From: a virus
Lineage: Duplodnaviria > Caudoviricetes
Length of the DNA: 38,886 bases
Virus record (IMG/VR): IMGVR_UViG_3300033125_000723
Coordinates: 1 to 38,886 of that record
Strand: one strand, 5' to 3'
Each line of letters begins with the position of its first letter. Positions within the stretch are counted from its first letter, which is position 1. Below are positions 16,592 to 24,476 of the stretch, piece by piece. Position numbers and translations under genes: made by a program. The notes below the pieces were generated by a model. That model was not told the DNA's origin and made no database searches. It was given only the letters and a program-made list of their open reading frames with translations.

Positions 16592-17611
16592 CAAAAAAAA
16601 CAATTTAAGAACATATATTCAAAAATGGCTTCGTTCGAAGCAGTGGAAAATAAGAAAGAAAGATTAGAGCAAGGTCTGCATACCAGCACAGCACCCTTAG
16701 GTTACAAATGGGAGCGTATTGGAAGCCGACGGCGGGGATATTCGGTATTAGCCGTTGATAAATATACGTCCGTTATCGTGAAAGATATATTTCGCGCCTA
16801 CGCAACGGGAGCGTATAACTATGAAGCGATGAAAGAGTATATAAATAAGCGCTGGGATATGAGAAAAAGTAAATTCTCTACTCAGACCCTTTTATGCAAT
16901 CCCTTCTATCGTGGCATCTTAAAAACGAAATTCGGCCAAGCGCCCCATGCATATGAACGTATTATTGATGATGCTCTGTTTGATAAGGTGCAAGAGGTCA
17001 TGAAAAATAGACAAGTGACCTATGCACGCGCAAAACAGAACACCAAGAAAAAAGAATATTTATATAGTGGCCTGTTAAAATGTGGCTCATGTGGATGCCA
17101 GATCACCGTAGAAAAGCATAAAGGCATAATCTATTATCATTGCACGCAATCGAAAGGTAAGCATAAAGCGCCATGGATTAATCAGGCTGCTCTTACGGTT
17201 CTTATAAGAGATAGAATAATTCCCTATCTACAAGATGCTCAAACACTAAATTGGGGCATTCCTGTATACCCTGAGATACTCAAGGATCAAGAGCAGACTC
17301 GTACATTGCTGTGTTTCCTGTTTAAGAAGATTACTTTCAATCAAGACAAAACACTTACCGTTACCCCATGGTCTGCGCAAGAGTTAGCATCATTACAAAA
17401 ACGTAAAGAGAAACCTGTCGATATGGGTTCTGTTGATCCGCTGGGTGATCTCAATACTAATATTCTTTTACTGTGTCATCTGCCGCAATCGATAGATTTC
17501 TTGTGTCTTACTTTAGAAAAGGATCTGGATACCATACAAACAGCTCTTATTGATTTACAGTTGGATGGCAAAATAGACCAAAACCTCGAAGGATCATGGG
17601 TTATTTTATAG
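16583..17611 (+). CDS. Paralogue: recombinase + Zn ribbon + DprA-type winged helix; no catalytic domain
   Basis: APLGY, LLCNPFYRG, ERIIDDALFDKVQ, YSGLLKCGSCG..YYHC; C-terminus PQSIDFLCLTLEKDLDTIQTALIDLQLDGKIDQNLEGSW; ATGA-coupled start at 16583. Confidence 0.82.
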   Translation: MNNQKKQFKNIYSKMASFEAVENKKERLEQGLHTSTAPLGYKWERIGSRRRGYSVLAVDKYTSVIVKDIFRAYATGAYNYEAMKEYINKRWDMRKSKFSTQTLLCNPFYRGILKTKFGQAPHAYERIIDDALFDKVQEVMKNRQVTYARAKQNTKKKEYLYSGLLKCGSCGCQITVEKHKGIIYYHCTQSKGKHKAPWINQAALTVLIRDRIIPYLQDAQTLNWGIPVYPEILKDQEQTRTLLCFLFKKITFNQDKTLTVTPWSAQELASLQKRKEKPVDMGSVDPLGDLNTNILLLCHLPQSIDFLCLTLEKDLDTIQTALIDLQLDGKIDQNLEGSWVIL

Positions 17612-17696
17612 CAATAATCCGCTTGTTTGGGGAACATTTCCAGTCCCTATGGACATAAACTTGTATAAATTTTAAAAAACGTAGTAAGGTTGAGTC

Positions 17697-17900
17697 ATGA
17701 AGAACGATATGCCACAGATATTAGAACGCTATGGGGACCCGAGTATCTTTGATACAGCGCCCTATTTAAGCGTGTGTATTAATACCTCTGATAATACCGT
17801 ATGGGTACAGATGGCCAAAGATGAAGATGCGGTACAATGGATGGCATTTGATTCTATTGAAGAAGCATTATTATTTGCAGAAAATAAGAAAAAAATTTAA
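17697..17900 (+). CDS. Hypothetical protein
   Basis: 67-aa ORF with AAGG RBS. Confidence 0.65.
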   Translation: MKNDMPQILERYGDPSIFDTAPYLSVCINTSDNTVWVQMAKDEDAVQWMAFDSIEEALLFAENKKKI

Positions 17901-17929
17901 CTCCTTTTTTAGGTGTTATTACTACAACC

Positions 17930-17960
17930 CTCCTCCTCTGTCCTACGAGGAGGAGTTTTT
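17930..17960 (+). terminator. Rho-independent terminator
   Basis: ctcctcctc-8 nt-gaggaggag then ttttt. Confidence 0.75.
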
Positions 17961-17972
17961 ATTAGGATAGAT

Positions 17973-18209
17973 ATGTATTTATGTGACCATTGCAAAAGAA
18001 CGTTTGAGCATTTGTATAAACAGATGAAAGCCCTTCAAGAACGGCCAATCTTATTCCATGGTAGATACATGGATGGAAGTAACTGTACCCGTGAAGACAG
18101 CCAAGAACGTAACCAATGCATACAGCATGTTATTCTCTTTTTAGCAGAAAATGAGAAACCGGCAGGCAAAATACCCACCGGTTTAAAAGGAGATGATGAA
18201 AATTGTTAA
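17973..18209 (+). CDS. Small hypothetical protein (MYLCDHC...)
   Basis: AGGA RBS before ATG 17973; converges on the tail genes. Confidence 0.55.
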   Translation: MYLCDHCKRTFEHLYKQMKALQERPILFHGRYMDGSNCTREDSQERNQCIQHVILFLAENEKPAGKIPTGLKGDDENC

Positions 18210-19090
18210 ATGGATGTGAAATAGGGTAAATAAGCCACAGTGCCATTGACGTATATTTTAAGCCATCCTGCTTGTGCAACGGCACCTGCTCCATTCGCTT
18301 GGAATGTTACGGCACCTCCACCAGCAGAAGTAGCTGTTACGTTAGTAAAATCTACCGCTGATGCAGTACCAGCTCCTAAGTCACCACCAACAGACAATTG
18401 CTGATCGACTGCTACTAATCCGTCCTCTAATACAGAAAGACGAATATTAAGAGCTCCTGTGGCATCATCTGCAACAGAGAAAAACATATCCGAAGGAACT
18501 TTTGCTGCGCCTATTGTTCCCGTGGATACGGCATTAATTGATGCCGATAAAACCTCTGTTGTAGTAGACTTTGCAACAAATCCTAAAGTACCTAATGCAT
18601 CGCCAGTAACAACTGCCCCTCCCGCTCTGTTTTTCAGGAAGGTAGCATATGCACCTGCGGTATTTACTTGGTCATTCGTCGCGATTATAGATGCGCCTAA
18701 TACCCCAAAGGAAGGAGCCGGACTTCCGATGGTTTGGGTATCGTTGTCACCTTTTTGAATTGCCAGACCGCCTTCACTCCGAATAAACATTCGAAGAACT
18801 TGGGGAGCAAGCGCAGCATCCTGAGCCGTATAAAAAGCAAGATTGAATGGGATTCTATTTGGTCCGATAGTACCCGTTGAAATCGCTTGTATGCCCAATT
18901 TTATCGAGAGAGTGCTTGCCGAATCAGCACCACCAAAATAAATGTTTCCGAGCGTATCTCCCGAGACAACTGGGCCACCCGTTAATGATCGTGCTTTGTT
19001 AAATACCAGCTCAGGACCGGTTGCACTTGCCGCTCCGTTATTAATCCCAAGATTATATGATGTTAACGCGATTGTATTCATTACTGCCAT
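18206..19090 (-). CDS. Tail/fibre-associated structural protein with internal duplication
   Basis: Two copies of K.R.GG.VV.GD.LG...F...STGTIG....P; C-terminal AGWLKIYVNGTVAYLPYF. Confidence 0.7.
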   Translation of the reverse strand: MAVMNTIALTSYNLGINNGAASATGPELVFNKARSLTGGPVVSGDTLGNIYFGGADSASTLSIKLGIQAISTGTIGPNRIPFNLAFYTAQDAALAPQVLRMFIRSEGGLAIQKGDNDTQTIGSPAPSFGVLGASIIATNDQVNTAGAYATFLKNRAGGAVVTGDALGTLGFVAKSTTTEVLSASINAVSTGTIGAAKVPSDMFFSVADDATGALNIRLSVLEDGLVAVDQQLSVGGDLGAGTASAVDFTNVTATSAGGGAVTFQANGAGAVAQAGWLKIYVNGTVAYLPYFTSI

Positions 19091-19099
19091 AGTACTTCC

Positions 19100-20860
19100 T
19101 TATACCAGATTGAGGTTGCCAACAGCGCTAAACACATTCCAGAATGTATTTGCTGATACACACATTAATTCAACACAGTCAGAACCAGCAAGCGCGCCAC
19201 AGGACCCACCAACTCCTAATGTAGTGGAAACACCCGCAAAGCTGATCTGTTGACCTGCTGCTTGGGTTATAGTCCATAAATTAGAGTTACCAACAATACG
19301 TATTACATCACCAGCTAAAGAAGTTGCTGGTAGTGAAAGACTTACGGGTGCTCCCGCTTGGATAATATATTGGGTATTTGCAGCAAGCGCTTGATTAGCC
19401 GTTACAATAAAAGTTGCCGTTGGTACTCCGCCTCCTGTCGAGCCCAATTGCCCTGCAGAATCGATGATAACTAATTCAGGTGCTGCAACAGCCGGAGTTA
19501 CTCCGTAAACACCTGCTATAAAGGCTCTATTTTGCTGTGCAAAACCAGCGCCTTGTGTTCCGATTCGGATGGTATTGTTGTCTCCTGCCTGCCCTATATT
19601 TTGTAGGAAAATATTTGAGCTGTCTCCGAGAGTTAAGTTATTACCAGAATTGAGGCCACCCAGGACAAGGTTATACGAACCCGTAGTTATACCACCCAAA
19701 CATCCAGTACCAAGAGCAGTATTGTTAGCACCTGAGATAAGATTATTGCCAGTACCAAAGCCCAAGAGAACGTTTTGGTTTCCCGTTGTCAATGCGCCAG
19801 CGACTTGATCACCAATAGCTACGTTATTGTTACCATTGCCAATCACTTGAAGTGCCTCGGTTCCAATACCAATATTTGCACCAGAACCAGTAGTAAAGTT
19901 ACCCGCATCGATACCCAGGAATATATTGCCACCAAGTGTACCAAAGTTGTGCAAGAATCTACGAGACATATCAGTTAATTGAATACCAGAAGTATTATCT
20001 TGGCCGACACGAATCACATCAGCTTCACCTGCAATACCTGGTACGCTTGCACCAATAATAATATTGCGTGCTTCGTTAAGTACGTACGCACTGCCGGCAG
20101 AGAGACCTATAAGAGTAGATGACAAGATGTTAGTTGAATTTGCTCCCGCTAAATCTCCTACAAATACGTTTCCAGAACCTGAAGTAACCGCACGGCCTGC
20201 ACCACCACCGATTCCCGTGTTTAGTAAGCCTGTAGTAGAAAATTTAAGTGCTTGATACCCAACTGCAGTACTGCCTGATACGGTATTACTGATTGTCCTT
20301 AATGCCTCAAATCCAACAGCGGTATTTGCTGTGGAGCTTGTTAAATTAGTTAATGCTGAATTACCGACAGCTACGTTGCCTTGTCCTGTTGTAAGAGCTG
20401 CTAAAGCTGCAACACCTAAGCCAACGTTATTTGTTGCAGTTGTTATACTTGCTGCATTTGAACCGAGAATAGGGTTAGTTGTCCGTGCAAAATCAAAGGT
20501 CAGCGTATTGGGTACTACATTTCTAAATTGTACCGTTGCATTATCGGATACTATGTTTATGTTACCAAATCCATCGGGAGTGACCGCAGGACCGACGTTA
20601 CCAGTTACGGTCAATATATCCCCTGAAGCTGAGGTAAACTCAACCCAGGTACCGATATTACGTACGATACTAATGAGCATAAAGACACGAATGCCAACCG
20701 GTGCTCCGGTGGTTGGGGTGTATATCCAGATATCACCGACAACGAAGTTTTGCCAATCATTGGTGGTGGGAATTCGTGAGTTATAAACGACGTTGGGAGG
20801 ATTGGGAGCCCGGACTCCTAAGTATGAACCGGGATAATTTGGGCTTGCATTAAAGGCCAT
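19100..20860 (-). CDS. Tail fibre/spike protein
   Basis: Many ~14-aa N.A.G..AL repeats; Gly/Asn/Thr-rich; 586 aa. Confidence 0.8.
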   Translation of the reverse strand: MAFNASPNYPGSYLGVRAPNPPNVVYNSRIPTTNDWQNFVVGDIWIYTPTTGAPVGIRVFMLISIVRNIGTWVEFTSASGDILTVTGNVGPAVTPDGFGNINIVSDNATVQFRNVVPNTLTFDFARTTNPILGSNAASITTATNNVGLGVAALAALTTGQGNVAVGNSALTNLTSSTANTAVGFEALRTISNTVSGSTAVGYQALKFSTTGLLNTGIGGGAGRAVTSGSGNVFVGDLAGANSTNILSSTLIGLSAGSAYVLNEARNIIIGASVPGIAGEADVIRVGQDNTSGIQLTDMSRRFLHNFGTLGGNIFLGIDAGNFTTGSGANIGIGTEALQVIGNGNNNVAIGDQVAGALTTGNQNVLLGFGTGNNLISGANNTALGTGCLGGITTGSYNLVLGGLNSGNNLTLGDSSNIFLQNIGQAGDNNTIRIGTQGAGFAQQNRAFIAGVYGVTPAVAAPELVIIDSAGQLGSTGGGVPTATFIVTANQALAANTQYIIQAGAPVSLSLPATSLAGDVIRIVGNSNLWTITQAAGQQISFAGVSTTLGVGGSCGALAGSDCVELMCVSANTFWNVFSAVGNLNLV

Positions 20861-20869
20861 GTGCTACTC

Positions 20870-21796
20870 CTATAAATATTCTATGATTATGACTTCACCA
20901 CGGCCACCATTGCCGCCTGCGCCGGATCCTACGGTTGTACCGCCTGAATTGAGACAACCGCCACCACCGCCGCCGCCTCCGCCACGGGTACCACCATTTC
21001 CACCATTACCACCACTTGTAGCGCCGGCTACAGCACCTGAGCAGGCACCACCACCTCCGCCCGTTCCGCCAGTAATGTAGGCAGCCGGTGACACTGAAGA
21101 GCCGTCAGCACCATTGTTCCCGTTCGCTGCTGCTATTGTTCCCGCAGTTCCACCTGCAAGAATGACAGAGGTCCCGAGAGATATTGCGGCTCCTGCCCTT
21201 CCCTGGCTTACGTTTGCAGTAAAAGCGGTTGTATAATTACCGCCTGCTCCGCCACCTGATGCAGATCCACAAAGGAATAAAGGAGTTGGATTAGTTGGTG
21301 CTCCCGACGGTAAAGCTGCTGCCGAACCAACGATAGAAATAAAACCACCAAGACCACAGGATGAACCTGTTGCGGGAGTAACCGCAACTGCGGTTATTCG
21401 GCCACCAAGACCTGCAGTGCCAACACCAGTAACTACAATTTTAGTTCCGATAGAGGAATCGCCACCATCAGTTCCCGGATTGCCGACACCCGTATCCACT
21501 GTTCGTGATGCTCCGCCAGTACCGCCTGCACCTACCGTTATTGCTTCTGGAGATGCAAAGAATGATGCGTCAGCGCAACCAACTAAAAAGTTGGATACGC
21601 CACCACCACCGCCACCTGCTGCGTTATTGATGCCTTTTGCTCCACTGCCACCACCGCCGCCACCTGACCAGATATAATATTGTACCCATTTGGTATCAGC
21701 GTTTTTAGTCCATGAGCCGTCAGCGGTAAAAGAAGTAATGATAACCCCTGCTGATCCTGGTCCTGATCCTGAAGATTTCGTTGATATTTGCGACAT
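20870..21796 (-). CDS. Glycine-rich fibre protein
   Basis: FTADGSWTK...SGGGGGGSG...GGNGGRGEVIIIEY; phage glycine-rich domain. Confidence 0.8.
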   Translation of the reverse strand: MSQISTKSSGSGPGSAGVIITSFTADGSWTKNADTKWVQYYIWSGGGGGGSGAKGINNAAGGGGGGVSNFLVGCADASFFASPEAITVGAGGTGGASRTVDTGVGNPGTDGGDSSIGTKIVVTGVGTAGLGGRITAVAVTPATGSSCGLGGFISIVGSAAALPSGAPTNPTPLFLCGSASGGGAGGNYTTAFTANVSQGRAGAAISLGTSVILAGGTAGTIAAANGNNGADGSSVSPAAYITGGTGGGGGACSGAVAGATSGGNGGNGGTRGGGGGGGGGCLNSGGTTVGSGAGGNGGRGEVIIIEYL

Positions 21797-21813
21797 TACT
21801 ACGCTCCTTTTAC

Positions 21814-22164
21814 TTAATTAGGTCCAGCTGCAAAGAATGCAGATACATAGACACTTCCGGTAGTAGGTACACCTGATTGTTTTACCCAGACACCGGAGTT
21901 TATGGCTTGAATGAAATCAGCAGCCTGGCGGGATTTATCAGCTCCCCAGTCAAGGACAATCTGTCCACTGGCAGGAAGGGTGATCGCGTCACGAATTCCA
22001 TCAAAGGAAAAGGTGACCGCCTGATCGGTCAGATTCTGTAATACTAACAAGCGTATGTTATTAGCAAATCTGGTTCCTACCAGGGTATAGCCGGCTACGA
22101 TAGATCCAAAAGCCAGAGTCTTTTCAGTTTCATAATCCACGCGAATATTTGATAATGCGCTCAT
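21814..22164 (-). CDS. Small beta-rich virion protein (putative)
   Basis: 116 aa, LQNLTDQAVTFSFDG; located in the tail operon. Confidence 0.65.
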   Translation of the reverse strand: MSALSNIRVDYETEKTLAFGSIVAGYTLVGTRFANNIRLLVLQNLTDQAVTFSFDGIRDAITLPASGQIVLDWGADKSRQAADFIQAINSGVWVKQSGVPTTGSVYVSAFFAAGPN

Positions 22165-22376
22165 GCACTCTGTCCTTCTTTTGCGGCTTCTGCCTTAGCG
22201 GCATCTTCTGCTGCTTTTTGATCAGTCTCAACTTTTAGTTTTTCAAATTCTGCCTTAAATTCGTCCAATGCTGCATAAATTTCTTCCCAGGTAGTACCAG
22301 GCAAGAATTGGAATACATACGCACGGTCTTGGCTTTTTTGCATGGTAAAGTTGAGCATTGCATAACTATTCATCAT
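22161..22376 (-). CDS. Hypothetical protein
   Basis: 71-aa ORF with AAGGA RBS. Confidence 0.65.
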   Translation of the reverse strand: MMNSYAMLNFTMQKSQDRAYVFQFLPGTTWEEIYAALDEFKAEFEKLKVETDQKAAEDAAKAEAAKEGQSA

Positions 22377-22437
22377 AGTTGTTCCTTTTTATAAAGAGTT
22401 AAAAATATTGGCCATAGCTTACTAAGGCGTTTTATTT

Positions 22438-23049
22438 CTAACAATTAGGCCGCACATGCTTCCAGGATTTTCCATGTTTGATTTCCCATATAGCAGTTGC
22501 GCTCACATTGTATTTTTTTGATATTTTGTTCATTTTTATACCTTCTGCTAACAACTTTCTTATTTCTTCTACTTGTTCATAAGTTAGTTTTGGCTTTATT
22601 TTAGTACGACCTTTCTTAGCCATATCTCGCATGTTGTCGGTTTGGTTTCCTAAAAATAGATGGTCTGGATTGCTACAGCACGGATTATCACATTTATGCA
22701 GTACCCATTTTTCTTTAGGTATTTCTTCAAAATGCAAAATCCAACTAGCTCTATGGGCTTTTATAGGTTTCCCCCGATGTCTCATAGTTCCATAGCCTTG
22801 ATAATTTTTTGAAGCATTCCAATCCCAGCAACCTTCCTTACGTATAACATATTTTTCAAAACGTATTTTTAATGCTTGTTTATTCTGTTCCTTGGTTTCA
22901 TTTTTCCAGTCATTTTTCCTTTTTTCATCTTGTTCCATTTTTGTTAGTTTCGACAAACAACTTAATGAACAAAACCTAGCTTTAGGACGTTTTGATTTTA
23001 GAAAAAAAAATTCCTTGGAACAGTTGTCACAATTTTTTTTTATTTTCAT
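22438..23049 (-). CDS. Free-standing HNH homing endonuclease
   Basis: N-terminal CxxC...FCSxxC finger, CWDW...GYG...AHRASW...VLHKCDNPCCSNPDHLFLGNQTDNMRD, C-terminal HTH; AT-rich. Confidence 0.93.
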   Translation of the reverse strand: MKIKKNCDNCSKEFFFLKSKRPKARFCSLSCLSKLTKMEQDEKRKNDWKNETKEQNKQALKIRFEKYVIRKEGCWDWNASKNYQGYGTMRHRGKPIKAHRASWILHFEEIPKEKWVLHKCDNPCCSNPDHLFLGNQTDNMRDMAKKGRTKIKPKLTYEQVEEIRKLLAEGIKMNKISKKYNVSATAIWEIKHGKSWKHVRPNC

Positions 23050-23051
23050 GT

Positions 23052-23087
23052 AGTTCCTTTAACAAAAGAGATTAAGTCAAAGGAACT
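23052..23087 (-). promoter_or_regulatory. Hairpin sequestering the HNH ribosome-binding site
   Basis: mRNA AGUUCCUUUGAC pairs with GUUAAAGGAACU (12 bp, one G-U), ending 2 nt before the AUG. Confidence 0.75.
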
Positions 23088-23130
23088 TTAACGTTTATTT
23101 CAAAGATATCAAGCCATGTGCATCATTGGT

Positions 23131-23982
23131 CTACGCCGCACATGTCACGTTAGTCCACGATCCAACCGCGATTGCTATATACATACGCTCGGTAGGTCCA
23201 CCTGCGTCGGTTCTTATGTATAAGTCACCAATATGAAGTGCTAATCCGTTAGCGGGAGCACCTGCGCCGGTGTATATGTTTACAGGTCCAGGAAGTTGCG
23301 TGATTGGCGAGGCAAGAACAGTAAGGTTACCAGCTGTCGACGATCCTATGGTCGTTGTGCTTGCTGCTGCGCCCGTAGCAATGTTAACAGTCTTTACACC
23401 GGTTGATGCAGCAATATTTACGGTTTGAGCGCCTGTTCCAGGAGCAATATCAATAATGCCTGTTGCAGCCCCGGTTCCACCAATAGATATGTCTCCGGAA
23501 GTCAGGGATCCACCAATTGCAATATCACCAGTTGTCAGGATTAAATTACCAATTGATACTCCGCCTGCGGCCGCAGAATCAATACCGACCGTAGCACCAG
23601 CAAGGGTTGTGGCTGAATTGCCAACCCATCCCAAGGTCAATGGACCAGTATTAGAACCACCGCCAATAAGCGTACTACCAGCGCCTGCTCCATTTATAAC
23701 AGTAACACCTAAAATTGATGTCGGTCCTGGCGAAACTGAAAGTGAGGTGAATATCCCGGCGCCGCCCGCGTTAGTCAATAAGGTCCACACACCGGGATTA
23801 GTGCACATCCATACAGAATCTACGGGTGTTCCTGCGCTGTCTCTTGGTTGCAGCCAGAGGGTTGAAAGTTCTGCACGGTCTAATGAGGTAGGTGCTCTGG
23901 GTTGTACAATATTATCGGGATTGAAGAAGTTAAACGGTACTCCAACGCCCGGCGAGCGTTTACTGTAAGTAAAATCTGCCAT
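23131..23982 (-). CDS. Fibre/tail structural protein
   Basis: RAPTSLD N-terminal motif, ~11-aa 'T+NI' beta repeats, C-terminal GAGAP...GDLYIRTD. Confidence 0.75.
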   Translation of the reverse strand: MADFTYSKRSPGVGVPFNFFNPDNIVQPRAPTSLDRAELSTLWLQPRDSAGTPVDSVWMCTNPGVWTLLTNAGGAGIFTSLSVSPGPTSILGVTVINGAGAGSTLIGGGSNTGPLTLGWVGNSATTLAGATVGIDSAAAGGVSIGNLILTTGDIAIGGSLTSGDISIGGTGAATGIIDIAPGTGAQTVNIAASTGVKTVNIATGAAASTTTIGSSTAGNLTVLASPITQLPGPVNIYTGAGAPANGLALHIGDLYIRTDAGGPTERMYIAIAVGSWTNVTCAA

Positions 23983-24019
23983 TATGTTCTCTCCTAAAAG
24001 GTAATAAGTATTTTTTAGT

Positions 24020-24049
24020 AGTGAACCATACTCTTGGAAGAAGGGGCAA
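24020..24049 (-). promoter_or_regulatory. Putative late promoter for the fibre operon (TTGCCC-18 bp-TTCACT)
   Basis: Same pattern and spacing as the portal and capsid promoters. Confidence 0.45.
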
Positions 24050-24054
24050 TACTG

Positions 24055-24088
24055 TTGACAAACATCTTCTATATTGTTAGATTGTTAG
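24055..24088 (+). promoter_or_regulatory. Sigma70-like promoter TTGACA-17-TAGATT overlapped by tandem attgttag x2 (candidate operator)
   Basis: TTGACA 24055-24060; -10 at 24078-24083; repeats at 24073-24080 and 24081-24088. Confidence 0.7.
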
Positions 24089-24103
24089 AGAAAGGATATA
24101 ATT

Positions 24104-24280
24104 ATGAAACGATCACAGGTTGCATTTGACATACCATTAGAGTTAAAACACGAAGTAAAGTTGGCTGCGTTGACCAGGAATATCACTATGAGTCAGTGGT
24201 TCATACGTTGCATCCGTAAGGAGTTACGTGCTACCATGGCAAACCCAACCAAACAATGTGAGTGTTTTACGGAGAAATAA
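24104..24280 (+). CDS. Ribbon-helix-helix protein (58 aa)
   Basis: Hand-translated MKRSQVAFDIPLELKHEVKLAALTRNITMSQWFIRCIRKEL...; AAGGA RBS. Confidence 0.8.
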   Translation: MKRSQVAFDIPLELKHEVKLAALTRNITMSQWFIRCIRKELRATMANPTKQCECFTEK

Positions 24281-24393
24281 TGTATTGGAAGCATCATATA
24301 CCCATAGTACTGATAGTACTTATCGGGATATTGATCGGAGCAAGTATATATTCCACGGTAAGTGGACGGTTATTTATGTATTTATGGAGATAA
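24280..24393 (+). CDS. 37-aa single-TM peptide
   Basis: MYWKHHIPIVLIVLIGILIGASIYSTVSGRLFMYLWR; GGAG RBS and TAATG coupling. Confidence 0.6.
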   Translation: MYWKHHIPIVLIVLIGILIGASIYSTVSGRLFMYLWR

Positions 24394-24395
24394 AC

Positions 24396-24476
24396 ATGGT
24401 TTATAACCCACTTTTATATGTATTTATCGCTGTTTCTTGGGGATATTTGCTTTTGCTTTCATTAAGCGATGAGTAA
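24396..24476 (+). CDS. 26-aa single-TM peptide
   Basis: MVYNPLLYVFIAVSWGYLLLLSLSDE; GGAG RBS. Confidence 0.5.
   Translation: MVYNPLLYVFIAVSWGYLLLLSLSDE

Noticed and set aside
15582-17611. Functional serine integrases defining a prophage
   Set aside because: No catalytic resolvase domain in either ORF or elsewhere, and no host flanks or att boundary
22377-23130. Group I intron around the HNH gene
   Set aside because: The flanking genes are complete with their own start and stop codons, and the spacers (about 60 and 80 bp) are too short for a ribozyme core
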